NCBI GenBank assembly: GCA_963804345.1
Contig: CAWDPX010000007.1
Span: 13,614-77,613, forward strand
Direction: 5' to 3'
Source: an uncultured Verrucomicrobiae bacterium
Lineage (GTDB): Bacteria > Verrucomicrobiota > Verrucomicrobiia > Limisphaerales > UBA11358
Length of the DNA stretch: 64,000 nucleotides
The position numbers and the translations under genes were made by a program. The notes under the pieces were generated by a model. That model was not told the origin of the DNA. It ran no database searches and saw nothing but the letters and a program-made list of their open reading frames with translations. Numbering within the stretch: the stretch's first letter is position 1; every line of letters starts with the position of its first letter. Of this stretch, positions 49,127 to 57,267 are shown piece after piece.

Positions 49127-51103
49127 ATGAGTAATAACAATTTTTCACGGCGGCGCCGCGGAATGCGTTTCCGCCCCAAAGGCGGCTTCGGCCCAACCCA
49201 GCAAAAACCCGACCGCGAAGCCGTCCAGGCCCGCGCCGACGTGGTGACGGAGCAGGGCGGCGCCGAGCATGTGTTTGAAAAACGGCACACGAACGAAATC
49301 GAGCGCGCCGAAAACATCGCCGCCGGCCTGCCGCCCCAGGGAGCGCCGGAAACCCCAACGCCGGATTCCGGCGCGGACAAAAAAGATTTCCGCGAGCCCA
49401 AGCCCGCAACTCCGGCCCGGGTGGAGGAGGAAAAACCCTTCACGCCGGTGCCCGTGGCGGAACAGCCCAAAGGCATTTTGGACACCATCAAATTCGCCGC
49501 GACCACCCTCGTGAAGAAGGTTCAGCGACTCATCCGGCCGGAGAAGAAAACTCACAAGGAAGTCATCATCAACGCCGAGACGCTCGAAACCCGCGTCGCC
49601 GTGCTCGAAGACGGACGGTTGGAGGAATTCAACATCGAACGCACCACGGAGGAACGTCTCGTCGGCAGCATTTTCAAGGGCAAGGTGCGTAACCTCGAAG
49701 ACGGCCTCAAGGCCGCGTTCGTGGACATCGGCTTCGAGAAAAATGCGTTCCTGCATTACTGGGACATCGTGCCGAACCAGTTCGACAGCGGCGTGGAAAT
49801 CGTCGAACGTCCCACCGGACGGGACCGCCGCCCGGCCCGGCCCAAGATCACGCAAAAGGACATTCCGCGGCTTTACCCGCCGGGCAGCGAAATCATCGTG
49901 CAAGTCACGAAAGGTCCGATCAGCACGAAAGGCCCGCGCATCACGACCAACCTGGTTTTGCCGGGACGTTATCTGGTGCTGCTGCCGAATGCGGATCAAA
50001 GCGGCATTTCGCGCAAAATTGAAAACCAGGAGGAACGCAAGCGGCTGAAAAAAATCCTGCGCGAACTGGCGATCCCCGACGGCATGGGCGTCATCATGCG
50101 CACCGCCGGCGAAAGCCAGCAGAAACGTTATTTCGTCCGCGACCTCGCGTTGCTGCTCGAAGAGTGGCGCGGCGTGCAGGAGCGCATGAAGAGCCAGCCG
50201 CCGGCGACGTGCGTGTTCCAGGAACCGGATTTGATTGAGCGCACCGTGCGCGACTTTTTGACCGAAGACGTCGAACGCATTGTCGTGGACAATCAAAAAG
50301 CCCACGACCGGATGCGGGAGATGGTCACCAGGATTTCACGGCGCTCGGCCGACAAGGTAAAGCTCTACACCGACGCCCAGCCGATTTTTGACCGGTTCAA
50401 CATCAGCAAGCAATTGGAGAACGCTTTTTCGCGCCAGGTGCATTTGAAGAGCGGCGGCTACATCGTCATTGACGAAACGGAGGCGCTGGTGGCGATTGAC
50501 GTGAACACGGGCCGGCACAAGGGCAGCCGCGACCAGGAAGCCACGATTCTGAAGGTGAACCTCGAAGCCGCCGAGGAAATTTGCCGCCAGCTCCGGCTGC
50601 GCAACATGGGCGGACTCATCGTGCTCGATTTCATTGACATGAAGTCGCGCCGCGACCAGCAGTCCGTGTATCAGCGCGTCAAGGAAGGTCTGCGCCGCGA
50701 CAAGGCCAAGACCCACATCCTGCCCATTTCCCAGCTCGGCCTGATGGAAATGACGCGCCAGCGCCACACCGAAAGCGTGCGTTCGGCGGTGTATGACGAT
50801 TGCCCGTATTGCAAAGGCCGCGGCAAGGTGAAAAGCGTGTTGACCATGAGCGTGGAAATCCAGCGCAAGCTGCAGGAGATTTTGAAAACGCGCGAGCGCG
50901 ATGAGTCGGATTTCCAACTGCGCATCGTGGTGAATCCGACCGTGCTGGAACGGCTCCGCACCGAGGATGAAAAACATCTCATCGAGATGGAAAAACGCTA
51001 CTTCGGCAAGCTGTCCTTCCGGGCCGACACCGGCATGCACGCCGAACAGTTCAAGATTGTGAATGTGGAAAACAACGAGGAACTGGCCAGCGTCGGTTCG
51101 TGA
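49127..51103 (+). CDS. Rne/Rng family ribonuclease
   Basis: AAFVDIG, S1 domain, IDVNTG, LRLRNMGGLIVLDFIDM, CPYCKG. Confidence 0.95.
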   Translation: MSNNNFSRRRRGMRFRPKGGFGPTQQKPDREAVQARADVVTEQGGAEHVFEKRHTNEIERAENIAAGLPPQGAPETPTPDSGADKKDFREPKPATPARVEEEKPFTPVPVAEQPKGILDTIKFAATTLVKKVQRLIRPEKKTHKEVIINAETLETRVAVLEDGRLEEFNIERTTEERLVGSIFKGKVRNLEDGLKAAFVDIGFEKNAFLHYWDIVPNQFDSGVEIVERPTGRDRRPARPKITQKDIPRLYPPGSEIIVQVTKGPISTKGPRITTNLVLPGRYLVLLPNADQSGISRKIENQEERKRLKKILRELAIPDGMGVIMRTAGESQQKRYFVRDLALLLEEWRGVQERMKSQPPATCVFQEPDLIERTVRDFLTEDVERIVVDNQKAHDRMREMVTRISRRSADKVKLYTDAQPIFDRFNISKQLENAFSRQVHLKSGGYIVIDETEALVAIDVNTGRHKGSRDQEATILKVNLEAAEEICRQLRLRNMGGLIVLDFIDMKSRRDQQSVYQRVKEGLRRDKAKTHILPISQLGLMEMTRQRHTESVRSAVYDDCPYCKGRGKVKSVLTMSVEIQRKLQEILKTRERDESDFQLRIVVNPTVLERLRTEDEKHLIEMEKRYFGKLSFRADTGMHAEQFKIVNVENNEELASVGS

Positions 51104-51116
51104 AATTCCGTTAACC

Positions 51117-51152
51117 AAAAAACGCCTCGTGAACAATCATGGGGCGTTGTTT
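51117..51152 (+). terminator. Terminator-like hairpin after rne/rng (duplicated at 51496-51533)
   Basis: AACGCCTCGTGA..TCATGGGGCGTT followed by T-rich tail. Confidence 0.7.
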
Positions 51153-51184
51153 ATTGCCGACATTTGTGGAATGGTGTCACGACC

Positions 51185-51336
51185 TCCCTCAACCCGGCCT
51201 TCTCCCCGAGGAGAAGGAGAATCGTTCGCCGTCTCATTGAAAAACCTGCAACGGGATTGGCCGGACAATCATACGCAAAACCAGAATCGGCCGGCAGCGA
51301 TTTCCTCTCCAGGGGGAGAGGATAAAAGGTGAGGGC
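51185..51336. repeat. CCCTCAACCC/CTCTCCC-type palindromic element
   Basis: Same family as the 4108-4217 element. Confidence 0.7.
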
Positions 51337-51392
51337 GGACGTAGATACCATTCCATTTCTGCCATTTATCGCCAGCGTCGGTTCGTGAAAAT

Positions 51393-51489
51393 GGTAGGGC
51401 GCGTCACTCCGTGCGCGCCGTCGGAGTTGTCGCCAGCGCGCGAACGATTCACGACATTCGGCGGCGGGCAGAGGACTGCCCGCCCTACC
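51393..51489. repeat. GTAG-type REP pair
   Basis: GGTAGGGCGCGTCACTCCGTGCGCGCCG ... CGGCGGGCAGAGGACTGCCCGCCCTACC. Confidence 0.8.
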
Positions 51490-51569
51490 AAAATCAAAAA
51501 ACGCCTCGCGGGAAACTGCGGGGCGTTTTTATTTCGCGCGAAGGATTGGAAATTTTGCAGCCTATCCTC

Positions 51570-51827
51570 TTAGGCGTCATGGTTGTCCCTCTTCCATTTT
51601 TGATATAGGGAAAAACCAATAATCGAAACGAGTGCCAAAACAAGCCCGGCCCACAACATCCAGCGCGACAAAAGTATGAGGAGATCCGCAAGACGGACTT
51701 TCGCACCGTTGCCAGAATCCAGTGCTGCATTGCGAGCAGCAACAGCCTGCGGATAATAATACAGGCCAACAATGAAACTCAGGAAACCACAAAGCCCCAA
51801 ACTTTGAATGCCAAATTTAGTGGACAT
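51570..51827 (-). CDS. Small two-TM hypothetical protein
   Basis: ATG start, two hydrophobic segments. Confidence 0.5.
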   Translation of the reverse strand: MSTKFGIQSLGLCGFLSFIVGLYYYPQAVAARNAALDSGNGAKVRLADLLILLSRWMLWAGLVLALVSIIGFSLYQKWKRDNHDA

Positions 51828-51973
51828 AAATGCGCTGATGCCTGACTCAAAATGGACGGCCCGTTGTGCAGCCCATCTTTTTCAAAAACGACCGTAATTT
51901 GGGCTGAAATTGCTGTCCAGCATATTCTTATACTGTTTATGATCCCGTCATCCATTCCAGCAAAGGCTGCCAA

Positions 51974-52651
51974 TCAAAGTTTCCCCTTGGTGCTCGGCAA
52001 TTGGCCGGCAATGCGCGGGTCGCGCCGACACGCCGCGTCCGTCGCGCGGGCAAAGGCCTTGAACAGCGCCTCGACAATGTGATGCGGCTCGTCGCCGTAA
52101 AGCAGTTCCAAGTGCAGATTGCAACGGGCTTCGTTGACAAAGCCCTGGAAAAATTCGCGCGCGAGGCCGAAACGGAACGCGCTCGACGGGTCCTGGAATT
52201 TTTCCGATTTGGCCACGCGCTTTTGGGCAAATTCGTTCAGTCCGCGCCAGACGAGGTGCGGCCGTCCGCCAAAATCTATGACGCAGCGCGCGAGGCATTC
52301 GTCCATGGGTACGTAAGCCTCGCCAGTGAACGGGTTTTTGGGATGAAACCCCGCGCCGTAACGGCGGATGCCCCTTTTGTCGCCAAGCGCGAGCGTGAAC
52401 GCCTGGCCGAGCGCGATGCCGCAATCCTCGACCGTGTGATGCGCGTCCACTTCCAAATCGCCGCGGCAGCGCAAATGCAAATCCGCGGTCGCGTGCTTCG
52501 CGAAGAGCGTGAGCATGTGGTCGAAAAACGGGACGCCGGTTTTGACCGAGGACTTTCCCCGGCCGTCGAGGTTAAGACTGACAGCGATGCGGGTTTCTTT
52601 GGTGTTGCGCGAGATTCTTGCCTGCCGGGCTTTGGCTTTCATTACAGCCAT
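51974..52651 (-). CDS. hisB: Imidazoleglycerol-phosphate dehydratase
   Basis: RNTKET, FFDHML, DAHHTVED, HHIVEALFKA, PSTKG. Confidence 0.96.
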   Translation of the reverse strand: MAVMKAKARQARISRNTKETRIAVSLNLDGRGKSSVKTGVPFFDHMLTLFAKHATADLHLRCRGDLEVDAHHTVEDCGIALGQAFTLALGDKRGIRRYGAGFHPKNPFTGEAYVPMDECLARCVIDFGGRPHLVWRGLNEFAQKRVAKSEKFQDPSSAFRFGLAREFFQGFVNEARCNLHLELLYGDEPHHIVEALFKAFARATDAACRRDPRIAGQLPSTKGKL

Positions 52652-52696
52652 TAAAACAAACTGCTGCGGAGAAAACCAAGCGCAATCGAAAATAAT

Positions 52697-53593
52697 TCAG
52701 TCCGGCTGGCTGTTGGTGGAGGATGGTTGCGCCGCCATGGTCTTTTTGATTTCGTCAATCCGCTGTTGCAGCGCGTTCGGGTCCGGCGAAACTTTTTGGG
52801 CGACTTGAAACCAGTGGATGGCCTGCGGCCAGTTGCCGGTTTCCCGTTCGAGCTGGGCGAGGTGAACGGTGATTTCCTCAAAGCCGAGTTTGTTTTCCTT
52901 TTGGGCTGGGGGGTCTTGTTGCAACCAGCGGCGGAGGGCGAGTTGCCAGACGCTTCGAGCGCGGTCGGCATCGTGATAATTTTCGTGATAAAGCCGGCCC
53001 AGCTCGAACAAGATCTCATAGCTGGCGGGATTGTTTCGCAAGCCTTCGCGCAGAAACGCCTCGGCTTCCCGCGGCCGGTTGAGGTGCAGGCGCATGAAGT
53101 AGGAACCGACGGTGTAGGTTTCAATTTTTTGCGGGTCCATGTCCGCCGCCAGCCGCAGCCAGGGCAAAATTTCACGTTCGTTGCTGTGTTCCAGATGGGT
53201 GTGAGTGGTGACACGAAAATGGCGGCCAAACCGGTCAATCCAATCCTTCGGCTTGCCGAGAAAGTCCTCCTTGATTTCGTCATCCGGGCTGTCGGTATGG
53301 CCGTGGCTTTCGGCGACGATTTCCTTTTGGCCTTCCTCGCGCAGGTCGAAAACGGAAGGATAATAGCCGCTGTGAAAATAAACGTCCGCCATGGTGAAAA
53401 ATTGGTTTGCAAACAGCCGCCGCCCGTCGCCGAACAGCAGGCTGAAGACGTTGTTTGATTTGGAGCGGTTGCTCCACGTGGCGGCGCGTGGTTCAATGCC
53501 GGTCGCCAGTGTGAAGCAAACCGTCAGTACAAGGGCCAGAACCAGATACGGGGAAGCCTTCATCGCCAGAACCAGATACGGGGAAGCCTTCAT
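52697..53593 (-). CDS. TPR-containing membrane-anchored protein (PilG-like position)
   Basis: N-terminal TM, ADVYFHSG, TPR helices. Confidence 0.75.
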   Translation of the reverse strand: MKASPYLVLAMKASPYLVLALVLTVCFTLATGIEPRAATWSNRSKSNNVFSLLFGDGRRLFANQFFTMADVYFHSGYYPSVFDLREEGQKEIVAESHGHTDSPDDEIKEDFLGKPKDWIDRFGRHFRVTTHTHLEHSNEREILPWLRLAADMDPQKIETYTVGSYFMRLHLNRPREAEAFLREGLRNNPASYEILFELGRLYHENYHDADRARSVWQLALRRWLQQDPPAQKENKLGFEEITVHLAQLERETGNWPQAIHWFQVAQKVSPDPNALQQRIDEIKKTMAAQPSSTNSQPD

Positions 53594-53594
53594 C
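53535..53594. repeat. Perfect 30-bp tandem duplication at TPR gene start
   Basis: GCCAGAACCAGATACGGGGAAGCCTTCATC x2, encoding MKASPYLVLA x2. Confidence 0.95.
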
Positions 53595-54372
53595 ACGTGT
53601 TCAAACTTTTGCGCCGGAATCCAAGCCAGGTGAGCAGCAAAAACAGTCCGGTGTAAGCTGCCGCGTAAAGCGTCGCCAGCACGCAATCCAGCCAGTTTAC
53701 CAAACCCCAGTCATAAATCACCCGGTCGCGGATATCGAACCATTCCAGATGGGGAATTAAAAAATAAATGATGTAAAAAATGGTTTGCAGGGGCTGCGTT
53801 TGGTGGAGCGCCACCGTGTTCAAATGGCCCCCAACCAGCAAAATGCCGGCAACGGCGATGAAACAAATGGTGGTGGTGGATGACGGCGCGGCGGCAATAA
53901 TCGAGCCGCACAGCGACAGGGCGATGACCACGGCGAGCATGGCCCATTGTAGCCAGATGGCCTGCAGATAAGTCAGCCACGGCCAGTATTGTTCGCGCGA
54001 ACCGGTGATGACGGCAAAGAAAACGTAGAAGACGAGCAGCGCGATGCCAGTGGCCAGCCAGCAGCCAAGAAATTTCCCCAGGATGAATTGGCCGCGGGTG
54101 ACCGGCTTGGCCAGCAGCGGGAAAATGGTGCGGCTTTCGCGCTCGGCGGGAATCTGTCGCGCCGTGGTTACGATGGCAATGAGCAACGCCGAAATCCAAA
54201 TGAGCAACATGCAAATGTCCTTGACGTAGCGCACGATTTTCGGGTCGTCGAAAAAATTGACCATGCCGGCGGCGACGGTGATGAGCGCCGTGAGGACGAA
54301 CAGAACGTAGAAATCCTTGCGGCGGTAAAGCTCCTTGATGACGATGCCGGCCAATGCCCAAATCGTATTCAT
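53593..54372 (-). CDS. ABC transporter permease (PilI-like)
   Basis: ERESRTIFPLLAKPVTRGQFILGKFLG. Confidence 0.88.
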   Translation of the reverse strand: MNTIWALAGIVIKELYRRKDFYVLFVLTALITVAAGMVNFFDDPKIVRYVKDICMLLIWISALLIAIVTTARQIPAERESRTIFPLLAKPVTRGQFILGKFLGCWLATGIALLVFYVFFAVITGSREQYWPWLTYLQAIWLQWAMLAVVIALSLCGSIIAAAPSSTTTICFIAVAGILLVGGHLNTVALHQTQPLQTIFYIIYFLIPHLEWFDIRDRVIYDWGLVNWLDCVLATLYAAAYTGLFLLLTWLGFRRKSLNT

Positions 54373-55124
54373 GACGCGGATTGTGTTTGATAGCCGATGA
54401 TGTCCAGAAACGCCTTTTCCAAATTGGCCTGGTGCTGGGCGACCAGATCGCTGACGCGCCCCGTCGCCTTGAGTTCGCCTTGGTTGATGATGGCCACGCG
54501 GTCGCAAACGGTCTCCACTTCGCCCAACTCATGTGACGAAAAGAACACGGTCTTGCCCTCGTTTTTCAGGCGTTGGATGATTTCACGGACTTTCATGCGG
54601 CCCAGCGGGTCGAGGCCGCTGGTTGGTTCGTCGAGAATCAATAAATCGGGATTGTTGATGAGCGCCTGCGCGAGGCCGACGCGCTGTTGCATTCCCTTGG
54701 AATAGGATTTGATGGGACGTTTGCGCGCCGGTTCCAGTTCAACGAGCTTGAGCAGCTGGTCAATGCGCTTGTCCGCTTCCGTTCGCGGCAGGCCAAAGAT
54801 GCGCGCATAAAACCGGAGCAGCTCCTCGGCGGTGAGAAACTTGTAGTAATACGTCATCTCCGGCAAATAGCCGATGCGCTGGCGCGCGATGGGCTGGCGG
54901 ACGTCAATGCCAAAAAGATATGCCGCGCCACGGGTCGGCGGCACGAAGCCGAGCAGAACGTTGATGGCCGTGGTTTTGCCCGCGCCGTTCGGTCCGAGAA
55001 AGCCGAAGACTTCGCCGACATTCACCTCCAAATCGAGACTGTCCAGCGCGACCTTGGTTGTCTGGCGCAATTCACCGCTGGTGAACTCAACGCGCAATTT
55101 TTCCGTTTTTAGAATGGTGCTCAT
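54369..55124 (-). CDS. ABC transporter ATPase (PilH-like)
   Basis: GPNGAGKT, YSKGMQQR, LILDEP. Confidence 0.95.
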   Translation of the reverse strand: MSTILKTEKLRVEFTSGELRQTTKVALDSLDLEVNVGEVFGFLGPNGAGKTTAINVLLGFVPPTRGAAYLFGIDVRQPIARQRIGYLPEMTYYYKFLTAEELLRFYARIFGLPRTEADKRIDQLLKLVELEPARKRPIKSYSKGMQQRVGLAQALINNPDLLILDEPTSGLDPLGRMKVREIIQRLKNEGKTVFFSSHELGEVETVCDRVAIINQGELKATGRVSDLVAQHQANLEKAFLDIIGYQTQSAS

Positions 55125-55200
55125 GCCCGACTTGAATGACCGGCAAATTCCGGTCTTTCTCCTAACCTAAACGATTCTCGAAGTCAACCGCCGCCGGATA

Positions 55201-55235
55201 AAAAAACAAAAGGCACAGGGGATTCCCTGTGCCTT
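55201..55235 (-). terminator. Intrinsic terminator of pilin 1
   Basis: AAGGCACAGGG/CCCTGTGCCTT followed by T-tract on minus strand. Confidence 0.85.
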
Positions 55236-55253
55236 GAGCAAGCCGGGCAGTTG

Positions 55254-55634
55254 TTACTGCAGGACATGGGGGGGATCAACCGTTGTGCCGAGTGAACAAA
55301 GTGCCTGCGGAATATTGCCCACTAGTGCAAGAGTGTAGTCGCCATTGGCAGGACAGGGGGGAATGCTGCCAGACGAATTCAATCTGATGTAGGGTGTGAT
55401 ATCGTCAGGATAGTCAACCGTGTCTCCGACGTGTTTCCCTTTTTCGATTGCAACCTGTTGGACTGCGGATTCAATCTGTCGCAGGTTGTTGATGCAGGCG
55501 GTGGCTTGCGATCTGGCGCGGGCATGCAAAAAGCTGGGAATGCCAATTGCCGCCAGGACGCCGATGATGGCCACGACAATCATGATTTCCACCAGCGTGA
55601 AGCCCGCCGGGAGCGAAGCTTTGGAGGTTTTCAT
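55254..55634 (-). CDS. Type IV pilin-like protein 1
   Basis: G/FTLVEIMIVVAIIG prepilin motif; C-terminal Cys pair. Confidence 0.92.
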   Translation of the reverse strand: MKTSKASLPAGFTLVEIMIVVAIIGVLAAIGIPSFLHARARSQATACINNLRQIESAVQQVAIEKGKHVGDTVDYPDDITPYIRLNSSGSIPPCPANGDYTLALVGNIPQALCSLGTTVDPPHVLQ

Positions 55635-55654
55635 ACTATTTTTCTTTCGTTTAT

Positions 55655-55730
55655 GCGGCGTGAACCACACAACGGGCGAGTTATGATGTAATGATTACAG
55701 TTATGTTCACTAATTGCCCGTTGCGACCGC
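55655..55730 (-). ncRNA. Pseudoknotted pilin leader, copy 1
   Basis: GCAACGGGC/GCCCGUUGU crossed by GUGAAC/GUUCAC. Confidence 0.6.
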
Positions 55731-55746
55731 GATTTGATATATTATC

Positions 55747-55763
55747 AGCAGTACCAATGCCAA
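55747..55763 (-). promoter_or_regulatory. Sigma54 promoter
   Basis: TGGCAT-TGGTA-CTGCT (GG-N10-GC). Confidence 0.75.
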
Positions 55764-55814
55764 AATCCAAGTGAAAAACCGCAGGTTTTATTGAAAATCA
55801 GCCTGCCTGGGTTC

Positions 55815-55847
55815 AAAAAGGCCCGAAGCCTATTGCTTCGAGCCTTT
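55815..55847 (-). terminator. Intrinsic terminator of pilin 2
   Basis: AGGCTCGAAGC/GCTTCGGGCCT followed by TTTT. Confidence 0.85.
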
Positions 55848-55867
55848 GAATCAAACTCACTGTTGGA

Positions 55868-56242
55868 TTACGGCAGAATATGGGGTGAATCGGTGAGGGT
55901 GCTCAGCGTGCAGGTCGGAGTATTGCCCACATTGGCGATCGCGTAATCGCCGCCAGCCGGACACGCCGGAATGCTGCTGCCAGAGTTCATCTTGATGTAG
56001 GGCGTCAAATCGGTGGTCATGGTAATCGCATCACCGGTCTTTTTGCCTTGTTCCAGCGCGAATTGATTTGCGGCGGCATCAATCTGGCGCAGGTTGTTAA
56101 TGCAAGCATTCATCTGCGAGGTGGCGCGGGCCTTTATGAAGTTGGGAATGGCAATCGCCGCCAACAGGCCGATAATGGCCACGACAATCATGATTTCCAC
56201 CAGTGTGAAGCCTGCCTTGCGGAGGGTTTTAGTATTTTTCAT
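55868..56242 (-). CDS. Type IV pilin-like protein 2
   Basis: G/FTLVEIMIVVAIIGLLAAIAIP. Confidence 0.93.
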   Translation of the reverse strand: MKNTKTLRKAGFTLVEIMIVVAIIGLLAAIAIPNFIKARATSQMNACINNLRQIDAAANQFALEQGKKTGDAITMTTDLTPYIKMNSGSSIPACPAGGDYAIANVGNTPTCTLSTLTDSPHILP

Positions 56243-56261
56243 TTTTCATTTTCTTTCCGTT

Positions 56262-56341
56262 GGTTGGGGCATGGGCAGATGAACAGGCGGGTTACAATGA
56301 GTACGTTTTTTGCCCACAAAATTGCCTGTTGCGACCACAAC
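56262..56341 (-). ncRNA. Pseudoknotted pilin leader, copy 2
   Basis: AACAGGC/GCCUGUU crossed by GUGGGCA/UGCCCAU. Confidence 0.6.
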
Positions 56342-56355
56342 TTAATTTAAAGAGC

Positions 56356-56372
56356 AGCACTCACCGTGCCGA
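56356..56372 (-). promoter_or_regulatory. Sigma54 promoter
   Basis: CGGCAC-GGTGA-GTGCT. Confidence 0.7.
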
Positions 56373-56427
56373 AGCCCAAGCAAACCAGACCGGGCATCAT
56401 CTCGAAAACGGCCTTGTGTGAGATAAT

Positions 56428-56459
56428 AAAAAAGGCCCGAAGCCTTTTGCTTCGAGCCT
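56428..56459 (-). terminator. Intrinsic terminator of pilin 3
   Basis: Same hairpin as 55815-55847 followed by T-tract. Confidence 0.85.
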
Positions 56460-56479
56460 GTGAATCAAACCCGGTATTA

Positions 56480-56854
56480 TTACGGCAGAATGTGAGGTGA
56501 AGAGGTCAAGGTACTCAGCGAGCAAGTCGGAGTAACGCCTACAGTGGCGATCGCGTACGAGCCGCCAGCCGGACACGGAGGAATGCTGCTGGAAGAATTC
56601 AACTTGATGTAGGGCGTCAAATCGGTGGTCATGGTAATCCCATCACCGGTCTTTTTGCCTCTTTCCAGCGCGAATTCATTCGCGGCGGCATCAATCTGGC
56701 GCAGGTTGTTGATGCAAGCATTCATCTGCGAGGTGGCGCGGGCTTTCACAAAGTTGGGGATGGCGATGGCTGCCAGGAGGCCGATAATGGCCACGACAAT
56801 CATGATTTCCACCAGTGTGAAGCCTGCCTTGCGGAGGGTTTTAGTATTTTTCAT
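56480..56854 (-). CDS. Type IV pilin-like protein 3
   Basis: Near-identical to pilin 2. Confidence 0.93.
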   Translation of the reverse strand: MKNTKTLRKAGFTLVEIMIVVAIIGLLAAIAIPNFVKARATSQMNACINNLRQIDAAANEFALERGKKTGDGITMTTDLTPYIKLNSSSSIPPCPAGGSYAIATVGVTPTCSLSTLTSSPHILP

Positions 56855-56873
56855 TTTTATTTTTCTTTCCGTT

Positions 56874-56950
56874 GGTTGCGGCGTGAACAATACAACAGGC
56901 GGGTTACAATGATTACATTTTGTTCACTGATTGCCTGCTGCAACCGCACC
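56874..56950 (-). ncRNA. Pseudoknotted pilin leader, copy 3
   Basis: UGCAGCAGGC/GCCUGUUGUA crossed by GUGAACAA/UUGUUCAC. Confidence 0.6.
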
Positions 56951-56964
56951 CTGTTTGGTAGGTT

Positions 56965-56981
56965 AGCACCCGCAGTGCCAA
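56965..56981 (-). promoter_or_regulatory. Sigma54 promoter
   Basis: TGGCAC-TGCGG-GTGCT. Confidence 0.75.
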
Positions 56982-57267
56982 TGCCAAAGAAATTATGCGC
57001 CGGCCTTTGGTGTCCGCCGATCAATCATAGCGCGTGGAATAAAACGAAATAAGGATTCAAAGGCCAAAAATTATGTGGTTTTCCTGTCCCAATCGCCATG
57101 CGCGTTTGTTGCGATGTCTCAACTTGAAACGCTCTGTAGGATTTTTGGACATGGCGGATAAGCACAACTTGCGCCGTTTTAGTTCAATCCCCGCCTGCGA
57201 TTCTTGCTTCCGCCTTCATTGCGTTTCGGCGTGACGAGTCGGCATGGGCTGTGGCTAAATACGGTGC

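Noticed and set aside
55254..56854. Conductive e-pili or silent antigenic-variation cassettes
   Set aside because: Pilins are ~113 aa mature with low aromatic content, and every copy has an intact N-terminus, promoter and terminator
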